From: Candidatus Magasanikiibacteriota bacterium
GTDB taxonomy: Bacteria > Patescibacteriota > Patescibacteriia > Magasanikbacterales > GWA2-37-8
Direction: 5' to 3'
Assembly (NCBI GenBank): GCA_963840935.1
Contig: CAWJAS010000001.1
Coordinates: forward strand, 579,834 to 643,833
DNA length: 64,000 bases
Below, one piece after another: positions 10,679-19,524 of this stretch (positions are counted from its first letter, which is position 1; each line of letters begins with the position of its first letter). Position numbers and translations under genes: made by a program. The notes under the pieces were generated by a model. It worked only from the letters and a program-made list of their open reading frames with translations. It had not been told where the DNA came from and did not search any database.

Positions 10679-11551
10679 TTATTTCTTTTTTGTCGCTTTA
10701 ACGGCTCTTTTTTTGGTTGTCTTTTTTGGATTAACCACTTCTTCTGTTTCTTCGGCTTCAGCGTCCGACTGTTCATCGACTACTTCCTCCGGTTCTTTTT
10801 CTTCTTCCACAGCTTCCTTCTCTTCCGGTTCAACCGACTTCTTCTTTCCCGCGGAAAGATTACCTTCGGTATTTACGGCAATTATTTCAAAATGGTCCAT
10901 TAAAATTTTATTTGCTTCATATACCGCTTCTTTTGGACTGATTGTGCCGTTGGTTTCAATGGTGACTGAAAGTTTTTCGTAGTTGGTGATATCACCGACA
11001 CGGGTATATTCCACAAAATAACCGACGTCTTTAACCGGAGTATAAATAGAATCAATCACAATCGTGCCCAAATCATAATTACCGCGGTCTTTCTCTTCGG
11101 CGGTAATAAAACCGCGCCCTTTACCGACAATAATTTCCATTTCAAACGGCTTGTCGCTGGTTAAATGACAAATGACCAAATCCGGATTTAGAATATCCAC
11201 GTTGGAATTTGTTTCAATGTCTTTGGCTGTTACCGGGCCTTTGCCTTTTTTGCTCAAATTCAAAACAACATTATCATCGCCGTAAAGCTTAACTATTAAT
11301 TGTTTAACATTAAGCATTATTTCCACCACATCCTCTTTGATGCCTTCAATCGAGGTGAATTCATGTTGAACACCTCTAATCTTGAACGCTTCGACGGCAG
11401 CTCCAGGCAATGAAGACAAAAGAACTCTGCGCAAAGCATTGCCCAATGTCGTGCCATAACCATGGTAGCAAGGAGTTATAATCAATGTCGTCTTGCTCGA
11501 GTCTTCTCCTTCGGAAAACTCTATTTTTGACGGCAAAAGCAAATTCTCCAT
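10679..11551 (-). CDS. rpoA: DNA-directed RNA polymerase alpha subunit, alpha-NTD only with acidic/basic low-complexity tail
   Basis: 'ITPCYHGYGTTLGNALRRVLLSSLPGAAV' is the alpha NTD. No helix-hairpin-helix CTD is recognisable after residue 230. Confidence 0.85.
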   Translation of the reverse strand: MENLLLPSKIEFSEGEDSSKTTLIITPCYHGYGTTLGNALRRVLLSSLPGAAVEAFKIRGVQHEFTSIEGIKEDVVEIMLNVKQLIVKLYGDDNVVLNLSKKGKGPVTAKDIETNSNVDILNPDLVICHLTSDKPFEMEIIVGKGRGFITAEEKDRGNYDLGTIVIDSIYTPVKDVGYFVEYTRVGDITNYEKLSVTIETNGTISPKEAVYEANKILMDHFEIIAVNTEGNLSAGKKKSVEPEEKEAVEEEKEPEEVVDEQSDAEAEETEEVVNPKKTTKKRAVKATKKK

Positions 11552-11563
11552 ATTATATAAATA

Positions 11564-12193
11564 TTATCTTGAATAGAACTCAATAATTGATTGAGTATTA
11601 AAATTAGGATTATCCAAAGAAGGAGGATTTAACACTTTGAAGCTTAAAGATTTTGCGTCCACGCTGATCCAAGACGGGATTTCCGCTTTGGTCAAGTTTT
11701 CCGCAAGATTTTCTAAGCCTTTTTTGCTTTTAGCCGCCTCCTTTATTGTAACGACCATGCCCGGTTTTATTCTAAACGAAGGCACATCGACTTTGCGCCC
11801 GTTTACAGTGATAAAACCGTGCGAAACAAGCTGACGCGCGCCTAATCTTGATTTTGCGAAAGAAGCTCTGTAAACAGTATTGTCCAAGCGCGATTCCAAT
11901 AAATTAATTAAAATTTTTGAAGTATCACCCACTTTTCTTCCCGCCTCTTCAACCAATGTTCTGAATTGGCGTTCCAAAATACCGTAAATTCTTTTTACTT
12001 TTTGCTTTTCTTTTAATTGTTTGCCGTAACCGGATAATTTTTTTACTCTTTTTTTATTCGGTCCGTGCATGCCCGGCGGATAATTTCTGCGCGAAAATGG
12101 ACATTTTGGGCCCAAACATTTTTCGCCTTTAAGCATTAATTTTTCTCCGGCGGTACGGCACTGCGCGCATTTTGAATTGACTTTTACTGACAT
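11564..12193 (-). CDS. rpsD: 30S ribosomal protein S4
   Basis: The N-terminal zinc-finger 'CAQCRTAGEKLMLKGEKCLGPKC' and an S4 domain are present. Confidence 0.9.
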   Translation of the reverse strand: MSVKVNSKCAQCRTAGEKLMLKGEKCLGPKCPFSRRNYPPGMHGPNKKRVKKLSGYGKQLKEKQKVKRIYGILERQFRTLVEEAGRKVGDTSKILINLLESRLDNTVYRASFAKSRLGARQLVSHGFITVNGRKVDVPSFRIKPGMVVTIKEAAKSKKGLENLAENLTKAEIPSWISVDAKSLSFKVLNPPSLDNPNFNTQSIIEFYSR

Positions 12194-12208
12194 AAAAAAA
12201 TTTTATTA

Positions 12209-12619
12209 TTAAACTCGTCTGCGCTTTGGCGGACGACAGCCGTTATGCGGAATCGGCGTAACATCGTTAATTGATAAAACATTAAGACCGTTAGTGTGAA
12301 GGGCTCTGATGGCGCCTTCTCTACCCGCGCCAATACCCTTAACAAAAACATTGACTTCTTTTACCGCGTAATCGGCAATTCTTTCCATAAGTGTTTTTAC
12401 AACCATGGATGCGGCGTATGGTGTGGCTTTTTTTGGCCCCTTAAAACCGGACATTCCGGCGGAAGCCCAGCCCAAAGCGTTCCCATTCGGGTCGGTGATG
12501 GTAATAATGGTATTGTTGTATGAGGCCTGGATATAGGCATTACCGCGAGGCACTTGTTTTAATACTTTCTTTTTTCTTTTGCCTTTATTTTTTGGTGTGG
12601 CCTTATTATCTTGAGTCAT
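12209..12619 (-). CDS. rpsK: 30S ribosomal protein S11
   Basis: 'AYIQASYNNTIITITDPNGNALGWASAG' matches S11. Confidence 0.9.
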   Translation of the reverse strand: MTQDNKATPKNKGKRKKKVLKQVPRGNAYIQASYNNTIITITDPNGNALGWASAGMSGFKGPKKATPYAASMVVKTLMERIADYAVKEVNVFVKGIGAGREGAIRALHTNGLNVLSINDVTPIPHNGCRPPKRRRV

Positions 12620-12636
12620 AATAAAATAATTTTAAC

Positions 12637-13023
12637 TTATGTCTTTATGCCGGACGGCTTACGACCGCTTCCCATTGTTTTTCTGGTATTTCCGCGGACT
12701 GTTCTGGAATTTGTTTTTGTGCGTTGTCCGTGAGCCGGCAAATGTTTTGTGTGGCGAACACCTCGATAGCATTTGATATCTTTGAGGCGTTTAATATTGG
12801 CTCCGACCTCTCGGCGCAAATCACCTTCGGTAAGATGGCTTTTTTCTACCAATGCTCTGAGTTTGTCTTGCTCGGCTTCGGATAAATCCTTGGTGCGAAT
12901 GCTTTCATCGACTTTTGCTTGCTTTAAGATTTTTTGGGCAAGCTTCGGGCCGATACCATGAACATACGTCAAAGACGCAACAATTCTTTTTTCTTTTGGT
13001 ATGATTATTCCTGCGATACGCAT
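12637..13023 (-). CDS. rpsM: 30S ribosomal protein S13
   Basis: 'MRIAGIIIPKEKRIVASLTYVHGIG' matches S13. Confidence 0.9.
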   Translation of the reverse strand: MRIAGIIIPKEKRIVASLTYVHGIGPKLAQKILKQAKVDESIRTKDLSEAEQDKLRALVEKSHLTEGDLRREVGANIKRLKDIKCYRGVRHTKHLPAHGQRTKTNSRTVRGNTRKTMGSGRKPSGIKT

Positions 13024-13039
13024 AAAATTCTATAATAAA

Positions 13040-13153
13040 TTAACCCTGGCGCTGTTTGTGCTTGGGGTTCGCGCAAATAACATAAACACGCCCTTTGCGC
13101 CTAACAACCTTGCATTTTTGACAAATTTTTTTTGCTGATGATCTAACCTTCAT
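13040..13153 (-). CDS. rpmJ: 50S ribosomal protein L36 (not in ORF track)
   Basis: Manual translation of the minus strand gives [37 protein letters not shown], with the Zn-ribbon L36 signature. It lies in the canonical position between infA and rpsM. Confidence 0.85.
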   Translation of the reverse strand: MKVRSSAKKICQKCKVVRRKGRVYVICANPKHKQRQG

Positions 13154-13180
13154 AAGTCCAGTTTATTTTTTATTAAGCAA

Positions 13181-13250
13181 AAATATCAATCATTGCCGCG
13201 ATATCAACGCCTCTCATTAAAGAAAAGCTACACCGCAATGATTGATATTT
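13181..13250 (-). promoter_or_regulatory. long inverted repeat (16-bp perfect stem, ~30-nt loop) between infA and rpmJ
   Basis: 'aaatatcaatcattgc' pairs with 'gcaatgattgatattt'. On the transcript the stem is followed by a U-run. Confidence 0.4.
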
Positions 13251-13268
13251 GATATTTGTTTGATTTTT

Positions 13269-13484
13269 TTAATATCGAAAAGTAATCCTCCCTTTAGTCA
13301 GGTCGTACGGAGTCATCACCATTTTTATCTTATCGCCGATGCTCAATCGTATTTTGTGCATACGCATCTTGCCCGATAAGTGGGCGATAACTTCTTGACC
13401 GCTTTCGAGTCTTACTCTAAATGTTCCCGCCGGCAATAATTCTTCAATTTTGCCGTCGATTTCTATGGTGTCTTTGTTTGACAT
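13269..13484 (-). CDS. infA: translation initiation factor IF-1
   Basis: The 71-aa S1-like protein '[35 protein letters not shown]' matches IF-1. Confidence 0.9.
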   Translation of the reverse strand: MSNKDTIEIDGKIEELLPAGTFRVRLESGQEVIAHLSGKMRMHKIRLSIGDKIKMVMTPYDLTKGRITFRY

Positions 13485-13648
13485 CTTTGTAAATTAGCAA
13501 TTTTGTGAATTAATGATAACCTAAAATGAATTTAAAGTCAAGCATTTTGAACCCTTTTTTTGCCTCTTAGCATGTTTGATATTTTTTGGCTAAAATTAGC
13601 AAAAAATTGAATGGATTAATAAATAATATGGTAAATTTAGCCAATTAT

Positions 13649-14068
13649 TCACATGGTCCGTTTTGGTTGTTTATAAACAAAACCGCGATAAAGTAAAAAA
13701 TTCCAGGATACTGACAGGGCGATATTAGCCAACCGCACAAGCAAATAATTAAAGCCCAGATTTTCGTTAAACAGGTACATCCAACCGATGGCGAACAAAT
13801 AATTCCCTGAAGCTATAATTAAAAATTTTATTACCTGCCGACCGGAATCTCCTTTTGAATCAAATGACCAATATTTGTTTAGAAAAAATATATAACAAAG
13901 AACAATAATCTGATTTATTACAACCGCAAATACCGGTTTCAGTCCAAAATATTCTTTTAAACAATATAGTGTGGCCAAATCTATAAAAACTCCGCTAGTT
14001 CCCGTTACAGCATATTTAAAAAACTGATAACGCATTGGCCAGAATTTTTTTGCCAAACCGATTATCAT
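13649..14068 (-). CDS. GtrA family membrane protein
   Basis: The protein is 139 aa with 4 TM helices, and 'FFKYAVTGTSGVFIDLATLY' is GtrA-like. Confidence 0.55.
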   Translation of the reverse strand: MIIGLAKKFWPMRYQFFKYAVTGTSGVFIDLATLYCLKEYFGLKPVFAVVINQIIVLCYIFFLNKYWSFDSKGDSGRQVIKFLIIASGNYLFAIGWMYLFNENLGFNYLLVRLANIALSVSWNFLLYRGFVYKQPKRTM

Positions 14069-14071
14069 AAT

Positions 14072-15922
14072 TTAATTAAGTACCGCCTTAATTCGCCTCA
14101 CGCCGGCACTCACCGCTTCTTCTTTGATAATTTTGAAAGCGCCTAGTTCACCGGTATTTTTTACATGAGGGCCCCCGCAAATTTCACGACTGAAAGTGAG
14201 TGAATTTTCACTGGCGGAGGGTTTTTGGTCAGGGTCGCCAACAGAATATACTTTGACTTTGTTGCCGTATTTGTCATCAAACAACCCCATCGCCCCCTTT
14301 GCTTTTGCTTCGGCCACGGGAAGCTCTTCGCAAACTATCGGATAATTTTTATTGATAGCGTAATTAACCAATTCTTCAACGCGCTTTTTTTGTTCTTCAG
14401 TTAATTTCTCGGGATGCGAAAAATCAAAACGCAAACGTTCGGCGGTAATATTGCTTCCTTTCTGTTCCACGTGCTCACCCAAAACCGCGCGCAAAGCGCA
14501 TTGAAGCAAATGAGTGGCCGTGTGATATTTGACCGACATTTCACCTTGGTCGCAAAGCCCGCCTTTAAACTTTTTTTCCGCACCGGCGCGCGACAAATCC
14601 TGATGAGCCCGAAAGGCATGCTCAAAACCTTCAACCTCAACCGTCATTCCGTTTTCTTGCGCCAACTCCACGGTCATTTCAAGCGGAAAACCATAGGACT
14701 CATATAATTTAAATGCCTGCATCCCGCTTATCTCATTTATTTTCTCTCCGGTTTCTTCTTCGGCCTTGGCAAAACTCAAAACCAGTTTGTCAAATTCTTT
14801 AAGCCCTTGTTCAATTGTATTTCTGAATTTGCTTTCTTCTTTTGCCATTTCGGTCAAAACAAAATTTTTGTTGCAAACCAGTCCGGAATAAACCAACCCG
14901 AATAAATTAATTACTTCTTCGGCGATAGTACTGCAAAAATTTTCTTTCAAACTAATAATTCGACCATGACGCACTGCCCGACGAATCAAACGGCGAACAA
15001 TATATCCTTGGTCAACATTACTTGGAGCGACTCCCCTGTCGTCCCCCATTATCATCACGGACGCGCGAATGTGGTCCGCGACAATGCGCAATGATTTTGT
15101 GATTTCCGCGCTTTCAGTGTAATTATGGCCGGACAATTCTTCAATTTTTTGAATTATCGGGCGTAGGGTATCAACTTGAAACACATCGCCTAGTCCGTTC
15201 AAGGCAACGAGCGTCCGTTCAAGCCCCATTCCGGTATCAACATTAAATTGTTTAAGAGGAATATATTTTCCATCAGTTGTTTTATTGTATTGCATGAAAA
15301 CATTGTTCCAAATTTCGAGCCAGTTATCCGGGTCTGTTTTTGGGTCGCTTGATTCTGGCGGGAATTCACTTTCACCGCGCCACCAAAAAATTTCCGTATC
15401 CGGTCCGCATGGTCCTGTTTGACCGGCCGGTCCCCACCAATTATCCGCTTTTGATAAATAAGCGATTTTGTTTTCCGGCACTCCGCAATTTTTCCAAATC
15501 TCGGCTGATTCTTCATCTCGTGGCGCGTCATCGTCGCCTTCAAAAACCGTGACAGCGATTTTTTTGGGGTCCAAATTCAGCCAAGCCGGTGAAGTCAAAA
15601 ATTCCCAGCTCCATTCAATTGATTCTTTTTTAAAATAATCCCCAAGCGACCAGTTGCCGAGCATTTCAAAGAATGTGGCATGCCTATTGTCGCCAACATC
15701 ATCAATGTCTCCGGTACGAATGCATTTTTGCGCGCTGACCAATCTCTTGCCATCGGGATGAGATTCACCAAGCAAATATGGAACCAAGGGATGCATTCCG
15801 GCGGTGGTAAAAAGCGCTGTCGGGTCGTTTTCAGGAATCAAAGAAGCCGAAGGAATAATTTTGTGGTCCTTGGAAACAAAAAAATCCAAATATTTTTGTC
15901 TTAATTCAATTGATGAAATCAT
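14072..15922 (-). CDS. alaS: alanine--tRNA ligase lacking the C-terminal C-Ala domain
   Basis: The class II core 'FTTAGMHPLVPY' is present, together with the editing-domain motifs 'HTATHLLQ' and 'CGGPHV'. The gene ends right after the editing domain. The start is set at 'MISSIELRQ' to avoid overlap with mnmA. Confidence 0.82.
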   Translation of the reverse strand: MISSIELRQKYLDFFVSKDHKIIPSASLIPENDPTALFTTAGMHPLVPYLLGESHPDGKRLVSAQKCIRTGDIDDVGDNRHATFFEMLGNWSLGDYFKKESIEWSWEFLTSPAWLNLDPKKIAVTVFEGDDDAPRDEESAEIWKNCGVPENKIAYLSKADNWWGPAGQTGPCGPDTEIFWWRGESEFPPESSDPKTDPDNWLEIWNNVFMQYNKTTDGKYIPLKQFNVDTGMGLERTLVALNGLGDVFQVDTLRPIIQKIEELSGHNYTESAEITKSLRIVADHIRASVMIMGDDRGVAPSNVDQGYIVRRLIRRAVRHGRIISLKENFCSTIAEEVINLFGLVYSGLVCNKNFVLTEMAKEESKFRNTIEQGLKEFDKLVLSFAKAEEETGEKINEISGMQAFKLYESYGFPLEMTVELAQENGMTVEVEGFEHAFRAHQDLSRAGAEKKFKGGLCDQGEMSVKYHTATHLLQCALRAVLGEHVEQKGSNITAERLRFDFSHPEKLTEEQKKRVEELVNYAINKNYPIVCEELPVAEAKAKGAMGLFDDKYGNKVKVYSVGDPDQKPSASENSLTFSREICGGPHVKNTGELGAFKIIKEEAVSAGVRRIKAVLN

Positions 15923-15927
15923 AATAA

Positions 15928-17079
15928 TTATTTTATCTCCCCTCCGCCCAAGCAAACGCCCTTAGAATAAAACACGGCGAATTGCCCCGGTGTTACCGCG
16001 CGTTGCGGTTGCGCGAATTTTACGATTAGATTACCACGTCGGCCTTTGGCCTTCTCGCAATGACATTGTTCAAGAGCCTGTCGGTGTCTAAGCCGTACTT
16101 CACATTTTAGCGGAAATTTGGGCTCTCGTCCAGCAATCCAATTGATATTTTTGACTTCCGCTTCGTTTGAATAAAGCATCGGGTCATTTTCAAATCCAAC
16201 TATCAATTGATTTTTTTTTGTATTTTTACCAACAATATATACCGACCGTTGGCTCTCATTTTTTAAACCAATTCTTTCTCCGATCGTATAAAAAGCCAAA
16301 CCGTCGTGCTCACCCAACACTTCACCCTTGGTTGAAGTGATGACGCCTTTTTTTGGTTTTATGGTTTTCATCAGGAATTTTTTCATCGGCACTTCGCCAA
16401 CAAAACAAATCCCCATGCTTTCTTCTTTTTGAGCCGTGGGCAAGCCGAATTTTTTGGCCAGATCCCTCACCTTCGTTTTTGGATACTCACCGATGGGAAA
16501 AATTATCTTTTTTAATTGCGTTTGATTAAGCTGATGCAAAAAATATGTCTGGTCTTTATTATCATCTTTTGCCGACAATAATTTGATTTTTTCTTTTTGT
16601 TCTTTTTTTGGAAATTTGATATTTGAAATTTGGAATTCCCGGTTTAACCGGGCATAGTGCCCGGTCGCCAAATAATCAAAACCTAATTTTTTTGCCTTTT
16701 GAAGCCAAGCGCCGAATTTAACAAATTTATTACACAGTACATCCGGATTCGGAGTTCTCCCGGCTTTGTATTCGCGGTACATATAGTCAAGCACAAATTT
16801 TTTGTACTCTCGCTTAAAGTCGAAACGCAAAAGAGGAATACCGATTTTTGCTGAAACCCGTAAAGCATCTTGATAATCGCCTCTCCAACAGGGCTTCGCT
16901 TCGCTACGCCCTGCAAGCGCCTCATGGGTGAATTTATCTGTAAAATCTTCATAATTAACCATAAAAGCGCCGGTCACATCATAGCCCAAGCGAACCAAAA
17001 GAGCGGCGGATACTGAAGAATCAACCCCGCCGGACATGGTGCATAATACTTTAATTTTTTTTGGTTTCGCGTTTTTCAT
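15928..17079 (-). CDS. mnmA: tRNA-specific 2-thiouridylase MnmA
   Basis: The PP-loop 'CTMSGGVDSSVSA' and the C-terminal 'AVTPGQFAVFY...CLGGG' are present. Two internal segments share DNA identity with the dispersed repeat family. Confidence 0.85.
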   Translation of the reverse strand: MKNAKPKKIKVLCTMSGGVDSSVSAALLVRLGYDVTGAFMVNYEDFTDKFTHEALAGRSEAKPCWRGDYQDALRVSAKIGIPLLRFDFKREYKKFVLDYMYREYKAGRTPNPDVLCNKFVKFGAWLQKAKKLGFDYLATGHYARLNREFQISNIKFPKKEQKEKIKLLSAKDDNKDQTYFLHQLNQTQLKKIIFPIGEYPKTKVRDLAKKFGLPTAQKEESMGICFVGEVPMKKFLMKTIKPKKGVITSTKGEVLGEHDGLAFYTIGERIGLKNESQRSVYIVGKNTKKNQLIVGFENDPMLYSNEAEVKNINWIAGREPKFPLKCEVRLRHRQALEQCHCEKAKGRRGNLIVKFAQPQRAVTPGQFAVFYSKGVCLGGGEIK

Positions 17080-17126
17080 ACTTAATAATACTTATCATTA
17101 TACCCGAATTCCCATATTTATCAAAC

Positions 17127-17157
17127 AAAAAAACACTCCGGTTGTTTAACCGAAGTG
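17127..17157 (-). terminator. rho-independent terminator for the zinc-ribbon gene
   Basis: On the minus strand the transcript reads CACUUCGG-UUAAACAA-CCGGAGUG followed by UUUUUUUG. Confidence 0.5.
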
Positions 17158-17172
17158 CTTTAATTGGCTTTT

Positions 17173-17505
17173 TTAAGCCGCGCGTTTAGCGCGAAGACAG
17201 TCAACGCACAAAATTGCTTTGTCGCCGGACGGAATAAATGGCAATTTATCTATATGTTTGCCACAATCCGAACAGTTTACATCAACATCATGCATTTGTC
17301 TTGGACCGCGGTTATCGCGGAAACCGCCACGAGGCGCACTGGCTCTTTTTTCTTGCCAAAACGCGCGATTGCAATCGTTACAATAAACTTTGCGATCGCC
17401 AGACGGTTGGAACGGAAGCTGAGAGATATGGGCTCCGCACTTTGCGCATTCTAAGTCCACATCATACATCGGCTTGTCGTCGTTACCAAAAGACATAATT
17501 TTCAC
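17173..17505 (-). CDS. tandem Cys4 zinc-ribbon protein
   Basis: The protein has two copies of 'D(V/L)D..C..CG.HI..LPF.PSGD+.+.C.DC'. Confidence 0.5.
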   Translation of the reverse strand: MKIMSFGNDDKPMYDVDLECAKCGAHISQLPFQPSGDRKVYCNDCNRAFWQEKRASAPRGGFRDNRGPRQMHDVDVNCSDCGKHIDKLPFIPSGDKAILCVDCLRAKRAA

Positions 17506-17649
17506 AGATCTTAATTCCCAAAAATGTGTTTTGAGATTACTTATTTAATCGACCTTCCGCTTTGTTAAGCGGGATATTTGGGAACTACGCTATTCGCGGC
17601 CCAAAAATTACCGTTATATTATACCACAAAAAAAGGAAAAAGTCAATAG

Positions 17650-19524
17650 CTAATCATCGAACTCAACCACCTGCCCGGGCCTGATCGGATTTGATTTTAC
17701 CGGTTCGGTCGGCTTTGCCTGCTCAATCGGTTTTAATACTGGTGCAGACGGCGGATTATCCGGCTCCGCATTTGATTTGACTATCGGTATGGGATTTAAA
17801 ACAATCGGAGCCGAATTTTCTTCTTCTGCTTCGGCGATTATTTGACTCAAAGGGCGCGGAGCCGGATGATTCCTGGGTTTATCTTGCCTGGCGCCACGCG
17901 ATTGATTAAATTGTTTTTTACCTCCTTTATTTTGCTCATGCTGACCGCCGAATTTTTTTGCGGGCGCGGAATGTTGTGCCGGTCTTTCCTTCTTTTTTTC
18001 CGCCCGCTCGGCCTCGGCCGAAAGCTCTTCGTCGGTTTTTTTCTCTAATTGATCTTTAACCAAAAAATCACCTAATTTTTTTGGCGCGGAAGCCGGAGCC
18101 GGAGCGGGCTCATCTTCACCATCATCTTCTAGGCCAATTTCCAAACCGCTCCATCGTTTAATTTTTTCTTCGATTTTATCCCGTGGTGTGCCATACCGTT
18201 CGCGCGTCACTCTGATAACTTTTTCCGTACTGCCTGTCGCAAATCCAATCGGAGGCAAAGTCAAAGATGAAAATGGCCTGGAAGACACACCGTCAATCAT
18301 TAATTTTAAATAAATATTGAACTTCGGCAAATTTACCAAATCTTCTTCAATAAAAGTCGGCGCGAATTCTTTTGCCAAAATATCGGCATCGGTTGAACCG
18401 ACTCTGTATGTGACCAAACTGCCGACGTTACCGATAACCGCCGCCAAAACTTTTTCATCAAGTTGCTCCATATATTGGTGAGCCATAATCAATCCCAAAC
18501 GGTATTTGCGAGCTTCGGATAAAATATTGGCAAAACTTTCGGTGGCAAAATTTTGGAACTCATCAACATAAAGAAAAAAATCTTTACGCTCCTTTTCCGG
18601 AATATCGACTCTCTCCATTGCCGAAAGTTGAATTTTGGTGATAAGCATACCCCCCAATAAGCGCGAATTGTCTTCGCCAATTCTGCCTTTGGATAAATTC
18701 ATGATAAATATTTTTTTCGTGTCCATCATCTCGCGGATATTGATTCTGGATTTTACCTGCGCCACTATATTTCGAATAACCGAGGCCGATAAAAATTGAC
18801 CGATTTTGTTTTGGATAGGCGCCACCGCTTCCTGCTTGTAGCGGTCGTTATAGGCGGCGAATTCAGTTTCCCAAAAAGCCCTGACCACCGGGTCCTTTAA
18901 ACTGCGCACCACTCGCAAACGATAGTCTTCATCCGCCAAAAGACGATTAATACCGAGTAGTGTAGTATCCGGATAATCCAAAAGAGCAAGAATGGTGTTG
19001 TTTAAAATATATTCCATCCTCGCGCTCCAAACATCCGGCCAGATTTTTTTAAACACGCCCATGAGACCGGATGCCACCAAATGTTTGTGGTCGGGATTAA
19101 CTGTTTCCAAAATATTAAAACCGATCGGATAATTAATATCCGCCGGATTAAAGTAAACCACGTCATTGATGCGATTGGCGGGTATATAATCAATTATTTT
19201 TTCGGCAAAATCACCGTGCGGATCAACCAAACCAACTCCGTGCCCGGCATATATATCATTAAGAACCATGTTTTCAAGCATGGTTGTTTTGCCCATTCCG
19301 GTTTTGCCGACCACATACATGTGCCTGCGTCTGTCGTCCAATTTGATGCCGAATTTTCGGTATTGATTCCTGTAATTCGTCATCCCAAAGTAATTCACTT
19401 CAGCATTTGGCTCCACCAGCGGTTTTTTTTCGATTGGATTGTCATCTGCGTCTGTCATAGCAATATTATACACCTTCCCGGCCTTTTCGTTAAGCGAATA
19501 GCTTGGCAATTTCCGCGACATCAA
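17650..19524 (-). CDS. VirD4/TraD/TrwB-like type IV coupling-protein family ATPase, soluble, with disordered Pro/Ala/Lys-rich C-terminal tail
   Basis: Walker A 'VVGKTGMGKTT' and Walker B 'FFLYVDEFQNF' are present, and 'LIMAHQYMEQL' resembles a TraD/TraG C-terminal motif. No N-terminal TM helices are seen. The start is ambiguous; an internal Met at 19458 would avoid overlap with the HIT gene. Confidence 0.55.
   Translation of the reverse strand: MMSRKLPSYSLNEKAGKVYNIAMTDADDNPIEKKPLVEPNAEVNYFGMTNYRNQYRKFGIKLDDRRRHMYVVGKTGMGKTTMLENMVLNDIYAGHGVGLVDPHGDFAEKIIDYIPANRINDVVYFNPADINYPIGFNILETVNPDHKHLVASGLMGVFKKIWPDVWSARMEYILNNTILALLDYPDTTLLGINRLLADEDYRLRVVRSLKDPVVRAFWETEFAAYNDRYKQEAVAPIQNKIGQFLSASVIRNIVAQVKSRINIREMMDTKKIFIMNLSKGRIGEDNSRLLGGMLITKIQLSAMERVDIPEKERKDFFLYVDEFQNFATESFANILSEARKYRLGLIMAHQYMEQLDEKVLAAVIGNVGSLVTYRVGSTDADILAKEFAPTFIEEDLVNLPKFNIYLKLMIDGVSSRPFSSLTLPPIGFATGSTEKVIRVTRERYGTPRDKIEEKIKRWSGLEIGLEDDGEDEPAPAPASAPKKLGDFLVKDQLEKKTDEELSAEAERAEKKKERPAQHSAPAKKFGGQHEQNKGGKKQFNQSRGARQDKPRNHPAPRPLSQIIAEAEEENSAPIVLNPIPIVKSNAEPDNPPSAPVLKPIEQAKPTEPVKSNPIRPGQVVEFDD

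Noticed and set aside
16043-16065. Chance similarity explanation for the 'cttctcgcaatgaca' match in mnmA
   Set aside because: It is not fully rejected. A ~21/24 match to the repeat unit, together with a second 25/25 match 820 bp away in the same gene, makes chance unlikely, so it is reported as a finding instead.
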